Shown here one piece after another: positions 5,971 through 12,925 of a stretch of DNA of 12,925 nt (position 1 is the first letter of the stretch; each line of letters begins with the position of its first letter). The stretch lies in assembly GCA_049509455.1 (NCBI GenBank), contig JBEKZX010000042.1:1-12925 (forward strand), read 5' to 3'. The DNA comes from Conexivisphaerales archaeon (lineage in GTDB: Archaea > Thermoproteota > Nitrososphaeria > Conexivisphaerales > DTJL01). A program made the position numbers and the translations under genes. The notes beneath the pieces are model-generated. The model saw only the letters and a list, made by a program, of their open reading frames with translations, was not told the origin of the DNA and did no database searches.

Positions 5971-6006
5971 TGGACTGTGAACTGCGAACTTATGAACTTT
6001 GGACTT
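5971..6006. repeat. Five G(A/G)ACT cores at ~7-bp period upstream of 5629-5964
   Basis: GGACT 5972, GAACT 5979, GAACT 5986, GAACT 5994, GGACT 6001. Confidence 0.6.
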
Positions 6007-6472
6007 GGATACTCTAGAACCGAGATACTAAGGTAATGCGCACTCAGATCCTAGGATCTAACATAGGCCTCATTTCACATTGGCTAAAAGACCGGACGGC
6101 ATCCTCGTGACCGATGAGGGCCTACCTTGATGTTGAGACGCGGGGAAGACGGCCTCGATCATCCAGGCATCTCGAATGACGATCTGCTATCTTACCGTCT
6201 CCGAATTCGTCCAAGTACGGCTGTAATGTCCTCGCGCAAGACAAAGACGCAGCTTTATCTGAACTGATTTGAAAAGAAAACAGCTTCGTCTACGCCAGTA
6301 CCGGCGGCTCATAGACGAACGATGTTTCACTTTTTCTTATTCCGTCGATCTGTGAGATCTTCTGAGCCGTCTTCGCGAAGCAAGAACGGTTCCTCCAATC
6401 CGTTCACGCAGGCGAATTGACTGGAAGTGGCCCGGCAAGAGCCTTAGTGGCTGGCGCTTGCCTTGGTGCTGA

Positions 6473-7855
6473 TTACGGGGTCAGGATACTCAGGTGCATT
6501 CTTCTGAGCTCTTTCGCTGCCGACCTCTTCATCTGCACTAGCCCAGGACATCCAAGAGTGACAAAACCGGGATCGATCCGTATGAACTGCCCACAATTCG
6601 GGCAACCGTCTGCTTCCTTCGGTATGACTTCCTTGCAGTAGGGGCAGACGCCATCGGGGTTGAAGTAAAGTGGTGCAACTGCGCAGTTGAATGGTTTGGT
6701 TTCATGGATCGCGCATCCAGCTTGACCTGACACGCTGCCTCCGAAGAAGGGACATGTTGCCAAGAGTCTGCCGCGGGATGCGTTCATGATGTCTCCACCC
6801 ATACCCTCGTAAACGTGAATCAGTTTGAGTATGTCGTTTCTCCCCTCGCTTCTCCATCGTTGAATGTCTTCCCACATGATGTGGGCGTCGATCGAGCATG
6901 CCCATTTTGTTTCCAGACAGCATCGTCCGCACCGCTGGCATTCGAACTTGGAGAAGATACTGGCGAACTTTTCTGAGTTTTGTTTTGCGAGTCTCTGGTC
7001 TTCGATGTCATTGCTGCGTACGTGGTGCTGGAAGAGCCACTCCCTTGCGTCGAGCCATTCTCTAGTAACCCTGAAGTTTAGCGTTTCACCAGCTATTTCC
7101 ATCCAAGAAGAGTAATAGAGGGTGGTCAGTCTCTCATCTTTTGGATTCAGCTCGTGGGCTACCTTAAGGTGCTTGTCCGATTCTGTCAGTTCGCCCAGTA
7201 TTCCATAGCTCAACCCAGCACATTCCTGGGCCATCGGTTGGTCGGGGTCTATTTGTATGGCGAGTTTCGCGTAATCTATGCTCCGGAGGTACTCTCTCGT
7301 TTGGTAGTGAAGTTGGGATATGAGGACGACAAGCTCCGCATCTCTGTTGTTGATCGAGAATGCGCGGTTAGCGTAGTCAAGCGCCTTTTCATATAGGTGG
7401 GAAGTCGCATACGAGAATGCACAATTCTTCTGTGCATCATAGTCCTTGGGTTGCAGGTCTGCAGCTCTGCTGTACAATTCCGTAGCCTCTTTCACTTTGC
7501 CTTGAAACATCTTCAAATAGCCGTACTGATCGAGCGCAGGTATGCAGTCTGGGGCATGATGTAGAGCCTCTTCGAACAGGGCCTCAACTTCAGCCTCAAC
7601 GCTCTTTGGAGGGCGCCCAGATCCGTATTGCGAGGCCTTGTTCACTGCTGTGATTGTCAGCGCAACCGCCGCATTATGGCCCGCAAATCTCTTTGCCTCG
7701 GCGCTAGTGGCCATATTCGCGGCCTTTCTGAACAAATCAGCAGCCGCGTCGTGTCTATTCGATTTGGCCAGCGCCAACCCTTCCTGCACCAGTCGGCATG
7801 CTTCGATATCCTGAGGAGTCTCATGCGATGACGACGGCATCACGATTGTTTCCAT
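6473..7855 (-). CDS. TPR-repeat protein fused to a YkgJ-family Cys-cluster domain and a double zinc ribbon
   Basis: About 6 TPR-like units (e.g. ALDQYGYLKMFQGKVKEATELYSRAADLQPKD), then FECQRCGRCC...CPFF...CAIHETKPFNC (YkgJ/CxxCxxCC family), then CPYCKEVIPKEADGCPNCG. Confidence 0.85.
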   Translation of the reverse strand: METIVMPSSSHETPQDIEACRLVQEGLALAKSNRHDAAADLFRKAANMATSAEAKRFAGHNAAVALTITAVNKASQYGSGRPPKSVEAEVEALFEEALHHAPDCIPALDQYGYLKMFQGKVKEATELYSRAADLQPKDYDAQKNCAFSYATSHLYEKALDYANRAFSINNRDAELVVLISQLHYQTREYLRSIDYAKLAIQIDPDQPMAQECAGLSYGILGELTESDKHLKVAHELNPKDERLTTLYYSSWMEIAGETLNFRVTREWLDAREWLFQHHVRSNDIEDQRLAKQNSEKFASIFSKFECQRCGRCCLETKWACSIDAHIMWEDIQRWRSEGRNDILKLIHVYEGMGGDIMNASRGRLLATCPFFGGSVSGQAGCAIHETKPFNCAVAPLYFNPDGVCPYCKEVIPKEADGCPNCGQFIRIDPGFVTLGCPGLVQMKRSAAKELRRMHLSILTP

Positions 7856-8614
7856 GCCTGAGCCATCGGCCTGAGTTGCTTTCTGCAGAATCGCAACCAG
7901 TTAACGTCCTTCAGACTGTGTATCTCGATGCTGGAGCGCTTGAAGACTTGCAAGGCTATGTTTGGTCCACAACTTTGTCTGTTGGTTCTTCCCAGCGCTG
8001 AGCGCATCTATGAGGTCTTTGTAGACGGGCTTTGTGAAGTTGTCGGTTGATGGCGAACAATTTTAGGCTAACGGGTCGCCAGCAAATTCACGAATGTACC
8101 ATGTCGAGAATACGCCTATCCCTGAGACCGGGCGCTTTGCGGCAGGGCGTGAAACGGGTATGTACATAATAGAAATCGTTGACGATATTCTACCTTTTCT
8201 TCGATACTGTACATCGACATTATGAACATCTTATATCATCGTTCTTCCGACTTGAACCCGTAATAGGTATTAATACCGCCCCGTCCGACAATACTTACAT
8301 CGGCTTTGAACACTGTTGAGCAATCTTCGCAAGCTCTCGGGCCATTGACGTATTGAAAGTCTTTAAGTTATGCGTAGGGTTTCTGATGTAGTTAAACGCA
8401 ATATCATGATGGCTGCTAGAGTGGACGGGGCGCGAGGCCGATTCTTCTAATGCATCTTCTAATTGCTTTTGAGATGCTCGTCAGCGCTGGGAATCTCGAG
8501 CCTTCCACAGACGACTTCACAGCTACCATCGTCGTCTGAACGCAGACGCACCCCCCCTTCCCTCTAATTTCCAGGCCAGCTGACGCTGGGCTTTTGCAAA
8601 TCAAGAGAAATGTG

Positions 8615-8621
8615 AAAAGAA
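8615..8621 (-). terminator. Possible oligo-U terminator of the thermosome gene
   Basis: TTCTTTT on the minus strand a few nt after the TAG, followed by more pyrimidine-rich sequence. Confidence 0.35.
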
Positions 8622-8626
8622 CCTTT

Positions 8627-10249
8627 CTACATGCCGCCAGGGGGCGGGCCTCCGCCCTCCCTACCCATTCCCTTCGAAGCGATCACGTCGTCGATCCTCA
8701 GGATCATTATGGCGGCTTCCGTGGCCGACTTTATGATTTGGGACTTCACCACAGCAGGCTCGAAGACCTCCTCCTTCTCCATGTCGCCGACCTTGCCGTC
8801 GGATACGTTGATCCCGGCCCAAGTCTTGTTCTTCGAGTGCGCCGCCCGAAGGTCCACCTGCGTGTCGATGGGGTCCATGCCCGCGTTCGACGCCAGCGTC
8901 AGCGGTATGACCTCCAAGGCGTCCGCGAAGGCCTGCGCCGCCAACTGCTCCCTTCCCGACAGCGTGTGAGTCCACGCCCTGATGCGATGGGCGATCTCGG
9001 CCTCCGGGGCCCCTCCTCCGCACACGACGGAGGGCTTCTCAATCACGTCCTTGACCACCATGATCGCATCGTGAAGGGCCCTTTCACCTTCATCCACCAC
9101 CCTCTGGGAGCCTCCCCTCAACAGGATGCTGACGGCCATGGGGTTCTTGCAGCCTTCGACGAAGACCCACTTGTCCTGCTCTATCTTCCTCTCCTCCACC
9201 AGCGCGGCGTGCCCCAGGTCGTCGCGGGTCAGGTCGCTCAGGTCGGTGACCATCCTCCCCCCCGTGGCCTTGGCCAGGCGAGTCATGTCGCTCTCCTTCA
9301 CGCGTCGGACCGCCATTATGCCAGCCTTGGCGAGGTAATGCTGGGCTATGTCGTCGATGCCCTTCTGGACGAATACCACGTTCGCCCCGATCCCGATGAC
9401 CTTATCCACCATCCCCCTAAGCATCCTTGCCTCTTCGTCGAGGAAGGACTTCATCTGGGTGGGGTCGGATATCCTGATTTCGGCGCTCATCTCCGTCTTC
9501 TTAATCTCAAGAGGCGAGTTGAGAAGCGCGATTCTCGCCCCCTCCACCTTCTTCGGCATGCCAGCGTGGACGACCTCCTTGTCTATGATGATCCCGCTGA
9601 TGAGAGCCGTGTCGCTGAGGGACCTCCCCGGCTTCTTCTCAACCTTGACGTTGTCGATGTCAACCTTAAGCTTCTCTCCGGACTTCTCCACCACATGGAG
9701 GACGGCGTCGACCACGATGTTCGACAGGTCCACGCTCTCCTGGGACACCAGCTTCGAAGCCAGGCTCGTCTTCGATATCTTGACGAGCCATTCCTTGTCG
9801 GTCGGGTCCACCTTGATGGCGATCTTGGCCAGCACGTCCAGCGCCTTCTCCGAAGCCAGGGTGTAGCCGTCGACGATGATGGTGGGATGGACGTCCTTGT
9901 CGAGAAGCTCCTCGGCCTTTTCGAGGAGCGAGCCAGCCAGGATGACCGCGCTGGTGGTGCCGTCCCCCACCTCGCTGTCCGTCGCCTTGGCGATCTCGAC
10001 CATCATCTTGGCGCCAGGATGCTGGACGTCGAGCTGCTTGAGCATTGTGGCGCCGTCGTTCGTGATGGTGACGTCTCCCATCGAGTCGACGAGCATCTTG
10101 TCCATGCCCCTCGGCCCGAGACAGGACTCCACTACCTCGGAGATCAGCTTGGCGGCCTTGATGTTGTTCCTGAGGGCATCCCTTCCCTTTGTCTCAGAGG
10201 CCCCTTCTTTTAACACTATTACGGGTACCGAATCGGATTTGTATGTCAT
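8627..10249 (-). CDS. ths: Thermosome (group II chaperonin) subunit
   Basis: LGPRGMDKMLVD..GDVTITNDGAT, GDGTTS, GGGAPE, and a GGM-type tail. Start placed at ATG 10249 (MTYKSDSVPVIVLKEG) because the TATA box at 10302-10308 is too close to ATG 10288. Alpha/beta subunit not resolved. Confidence 0.97.
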   Translation of the reverse strand: MTYKSDSVPVIVLKEGASETKGRDALRNNIKAAKLISEVVESCLGPRGMDKMLVDSMGDVTITNDGATMLKQLDVQHPGAKMMVEIAKATDSEVGDGTTSAVILAGSLLEKAEELLDKDVHPTIIVDGYTLASEKALDVLAKIAIKVDPTDKEWLVKISKTSLASKLVSQESVDLSNIVVDAVLHVVEKSGEKLKVDIDNVKVEKKPGRSLSDTALISGIIIDKEVVHAGMPKKVEGARIALLNSPLEIKKTEMSAEIRISDPTQMKSFLDEEARMLRGMVDKVIGIGANVVFVQKGIDDIAQHYLAKAGIMAVRRVKESDMTRLAKATGGRMVTDLSDLTRDDLGHAALVEERKIEQDKWVFVEGCKNPMAVSILLRGGSQRVVDEGERALHDAIMVVKDVIEKPSVVCGGGAPEAEIAHRIRAWTHTLSGREQLAAQAFADALEVIPLTLASNAGMDPIDTQVDLRAAHSKNKTWAGINVSDGKVGDMEKEEVFEPAVVKSQIIKSATEAAIMILRIDDVIASKGMGREGGGPPPGGM

Positions 10250-10301
10250 CGAATTCACTACTGGATAGAGAATATTACCAGAGTCCATTTCCGGAGGCCT
10301 C

Positions 10302-10310
10302 TATTTAATT
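10302..10310. promoter_or_regulatory. TATA box of the thermosome gene (AT block readable on both strands)
   Basis: Minus strand TTAAATA; plus strand TATTTAATT. Confidence 0.55.
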
Positions 10311-10527
10311 CCTCTGTCCATTCGGCCTTTTGAGATGGCCCTCCCCCCGCGTAACTGAACGGGAAAGGGCAGAAGACGACAACCTCGCAATATCACCGTC
10401 GAAGATTGAGGGCTTGCTGAAGATCGACAGGGACATTCCATATTCACCCGCCATCCAGAAGACGGCGCGAAAGACGGCCCTCTGGCTACCGGGCAGATCG
10501 GTCAACAGAATCCCTCGATACTCGTCC

Positions 10528-10533
10528 TTATAT
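10528..10533 (+). promoter_or_regulatory. Candidate TATA box of tbp
   Basis: TTATAT beginning 36 nt upstream of ATG 10564. Confidence 0.45.
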
Positions 10534-10563
10534 GTTGGGTCTACCAATCAACTGCCGATTTGG

Positions 10564-11121
10564 ATGCCGAAGACCACCACGCTCATTTCTATCGAGAACG
10601 TGGTAGCCACGGCTGGGGTCAACCAACCCATAGACCTGAAGGAGATCACTAGGCTCTTTCCCGACGTGAAGTACAACCCGAAGGTGTTCCCAGGGTTGGC
10701 CTTCCGCCTGAAGGCGCCCAAGACGTGCACGCTGATCTTCAGGACTGGGAAGATGGTGTGCACCGGTGCAAAGAGCGAAGGAGAGGCTTTCAAGGCGGTC
10801 CAGACGGTGGTGGAGAAGCTGAGGAAGTCGGGAATCAAGATACAGAACGAGCCGGAAATGAAGGTTCAGAACATAGTCGCGTCGGTCAGCCTAGGAGGGA
10901 GGGTCAAGCTGGAGGAGGCCGCCCTGAAGCTGCCTCGGAGCTTGTACGAGCCCGAGCAGTTCCCCGGCCTGATACACAGGATGCTCGAGCCGAAGACGGT
11001 CTTCCTGGTCTTCGCCAGCGGAAAGTTGGTCTGCACGGGAGCCAAGAAGGAGGAGGAGGTCTACCAGGCCGTCAGCGTCCTCCATACGCTTCTTGAAGAC
11101 GAAGGACTGATGGTGTACTAG
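10564..11121 (+). CDS. tbp: TATA-box binding protein
   Basis: Two TBP repeats: ENVVAT...FPGL...LIFRTGKMVCTGAKS and QNIVAS...YEPEQFPGLIHRM...FASGKLVCTGAK. MPKT.. start matches thaumarchaeal TBPs; 185 aa. Confidence 0.98.
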   Translation: MPKTTTLISIENVVATAGVNQPIDLKEITRLFPDVKYNPKVFPGLAFRLKAPKTCTLIFRTGKMVCTGAKSEGEAFKAVQTVVEKLRKSGIKIQNEPEMKVQNIVASVSLGGRVKLEEAALKLPRSLYEPEQFPGLIHRMLEPKTVFLVFASGKLVCTGAKKEEEVYQAVSVLHTLLEDEGLMVY

Positions 11122-11201
11122 GAGGTAGGCGGGAGTGCGTTACTCGAAAGAGGCTTAATTCCTATGACGTAGCTTCGGGGGAATAGAGTGCAAATTACAA
11201 G

Positions 11202-12509
11202 TTGGAGAAACAGGGAATAGAGCACATCGATCAGGAGAAACGGCACGGACTCCCGTTCAGCACCTTCACGTTGTGGTTCGGGGCCAATTTGACTATCGCA
11301 GATTACGCCCTCGGGTCGTTGTTTTTTGGGCTTCCATTTTCAAGCATCGTTATTGCAGTGGTGATAGGGAACATCCTCGGAGGGCTCCTGTTGGGTCTGA
11401 TGGCTGCCATGGGTCCCACATTCGGATATCCGCAGATGATGATATCGCGAGCAGTGATGGGTCGGAACGGCAACATCCCGTTCGCCCTTGCGAACTGGGT
11501 CAGCACGGTAGGTTGGTTCACCGTCAACATCGTCTTGGGAGGGTACGCGCTCCAATTGGCGCTGGGCCTGCCATTCTACCTGGCTGCGGGGATAATGGTC
11601 CTGGCGGACGTGGCCCTAGCGACCTACGGCCACGACATCATTCACCTTTTCGAGAAGATCATGTCCGTCGTACTCGCCGTAATGTTCGCCGCGGTGACCT
11701 TCATCGCCTATGACAAGATGGGCACCAGCTTTTCATCCTATACAACATCCGCATCATTCAACCTTTACTTCTGGGCGCTCGTCATCGCAGCGGTATTCTC
11801 TTACCTCATGAGCTGGTCACCCTACGCCAGCGATTACTCCAGGTATCTACCTCGGAACACTTCGAAGTGGAAGGTCGTCGCCTTCACCACAGCGGGTGGG
11901 GCAATTGCAAGTGCCTGGCTTGAGCTGATAGGATTCTTCGTCTACGTCGGCGCCAACAACCCACACCTCAATTCGATTGCCGCCCTAGCAAATGTTTCAG
12001 GAGGCTATTCCATCTTCGCTCTTCTCGCAGTTGTGCTGGGCGCGGTTGCCGCCGACGCCCTCAACCTGTACACGAACTCGCTCTCCGCTCTTGTCCTGTA
12101 CAAGAAAGCGGGTAGAGTTCAGACCGTGCTATTGGCCGGCGTGGTCGGGTTCTTCTTGGCGCTTGCGGGCTCATCAAACTTCGGCACCTTCTACCAAAAC
12201 TTCCTACTGACACTCGACTACTGGATAACTCCCTGGATCGGCGTCATACTCGGAGCTTTCTATATCAAGGTGGTACGGTCGGGAGTGGAAGGTGCGGGCC
12301 CATTCTTGAAGGCGGGCCTGGCCTCCTACGCCGTCGGTCTGATGGTCTCGGTGCCTTTTGTGAATCTTTCGTCATATGGTGTGAACTACGTCGGCCCGGT
12401 CGCGAACCTGTTGGAAGGAGCCGACGTGAGCTACTTCGTGGCGTTCACTGCCGCCTTGGTCGCCTACCTCGTGATGGTTCGCCGGCAATCGCCCTCCGCG
12501 GTAACGTAG
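11202..12509 (+). CDS. NCS1-family purine/cytosine permease (CodB-like)
   Basis: About 12 hydrophobic segments with WFGANL, G.PQMMISRAVMG, SWSPYASDYSRYLP and NLYTNSLS motifs. Confidence 0.92.
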   Translation: MEKQGIEHIDQEKRHGLPFSTFTLWFGANLTIADYALGSLFFGLPFSSIVIAVVIGNILGGLLLGLMAAMGPTFGYPQMMISRAVMGRNGNIPFALANWVSTVGWFTVNIVLGGYALQLALGLPFYLAAGIMVLADVALATYGHDIIHLFEKIMSVVLAVMFAAVTFIAYDKMGTSFSSYTTSASFNLYFWALVIAAVFSYLMSWSPYASDYSRYLPRNTSKWKVVAFTTAGGAIASAWLELIGFFVYVGANNPHLNSIAALANVSGGYSIFALLAVVLGAVAADALNLYTNSLSALVLYKKAGRVQTVLLAGVVGFFLALAGSSNFGTFYQNFLLTLDYWITPWIGVILGAFYIKVVRSGVEGAGPFLKAGLASYAVGLMVSVPFVNLSSYGVNYVGPVANLLEGADVSYFVAFTAALVAYLVMVRRQSPSAVT

Positions 12510-12657
12510 CCCCTTTAGGCTCTGCCAAATCTTCGGCAGATAAGTGAACCTGCCAGAAGTGCCCACACCTCACGGATTGACTCCAGTGTCGGGCAAAGCT
12601 CTTCTTGAGCCGCAGATTCCAGCAACAGAGGACTTTACAGCACTCTTGCGACAGTTG

Positions 12658-12665
12658 TTTAAATA
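12658..12665 (+). promoter_or_regulatory. TATA box upstream of tfb
   Basis: TTTAAATA in the intergenic region, ~75 nt before the ATG at 12736. Confidence 0.55.
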
Positions 12666-12735
12666 TGACTCATTGAAAGCTATAGAAAGCTGTTTGTTTC
12701 TTGGTGTTACGATACGTCTTCTAAGGGGGAGGCTT

Positions 12736-12925
12736 ATGGAAGCGACCCCAATTCCCAGGCAGAACGCTGTCCCAGGTGCGGGAGGCGAGCCATGGTCGTC
12801 GACTCTGCCAAGGGGGAGATGGTCTGCAATTCGTGCGGGTTCGTAACCAAGGAGCGAATCGAGGAGACGGGTCCAGAGTGGCGATCCTTCTCCGCCGAAG
12901 AGAAGGAAAGCAGGAGCAGGGTGGG
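12736..12925 (+). CDS. tfb: Transcription initiation factor IIB, 5' part (runs off window; start out of frame)
   Basis: The frame starting at 12768 reads CPRCGRRAMVVDSAKGEMVCNSCGFVTKERIEETGPEWRSFSAEEKESRSRVG, i.e. the zinc ribbon plus B-reader GPEWRSF. ATG 12736 (after GGAGG) is in a different frame. Confidence 0.9.

Larger units (their letters stand above)
1028..8600. mobile_element. Accessory island, probably a decayed or mosaic mobile-element region
   Basis: Flanked by core genes. Contains RHH, wHTH and Cys-rich small ORFs, several broken genes and long spacers, and codon bias looks weaker by eye. No integrase, tRNA or att repeat was seen, so boundaries are approximate. Confidence 0.45.

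Noticed and set aside
6010-6470. ~460-bp spacer checked for ncRNA, IS ends or a gene remnant
   Set aside because: Only short unconvincing frames; the 9-bp inverted pair is too short for a MITE call and no target-site duplication was seen.
7989-8493. 13-bp inverted repeat TTCCCAGCGCTGA / TCAGCGCTGGGAA
   Set aside because: Contains an 8-bp self-palindrome, and 13-mers of this kind are expected by chance in 13 kb; no target-site duplication.
8416-8604. 62-aa minus-strand ORF after the thermosome gene
   Set aside because: No motif, unconvincing start and codon usage.
8594-10213. 539-aa plus-strand ORF opposite the thermosome gene (also 8631-8969, 8661-9023, 9126-9338, 9348-9866, 9876-10268)
   Set aside because: Shadow ORFs produced by strong GC3 codon bias; H/L/V/G-rich antisense composition with no motifs.
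11273-12846. Alternative-frame ORFs over the permease, and 12544-12846
   Set aside because: Shadows of the permease. 12544-12846 matters only because it contains the out-of-frame tfb ATG.
1-12925. CRISPR array, integrase, tRNA, att direct repeats at island edges
   Set aside because: Searched by eye; no spaced repeats, tyrosine-recombinase motifs, tRNA arms or shared end repeats longer than ~7 bp were found.

Overview
Archaeal DNA, most likely Nitrososphaerota (Thaumarchaeota), judged from the TBP and thermosome sequences. Left end (1-972, minus strand): the conserved rpl7ae-rps28e-rpl24e-ndk operon, with a candidate k-turn/k-loop over the L7Ae start. Right end (8627-12925): a thermosome subunit divergent from tbp, an NCS1 purine/cytosine permease, and the 5' part of a tfb whose best start is out of frame. 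Between them is a ~7.6 kb accessory patch that looks less GC3-biased by eye. It holds methylglyoxal synthase, an SCP2-like protein, a frameshifted DUF6582-like gene, a plasmid/virus-like minus-strand string (RHH, coiled-coil ORF, 22-aa CPxCG ORF, winged-HTH, Cys-rich ORF), a truncated HhH-GPD-like gene, a possible OB-fold SSB, and a TPR-YkgJ-double zinc ribbon protein. I found no integrase, tRNA, att repeats, rRNA or CRISPR array. All family calls come from motif recognition, not database searches.
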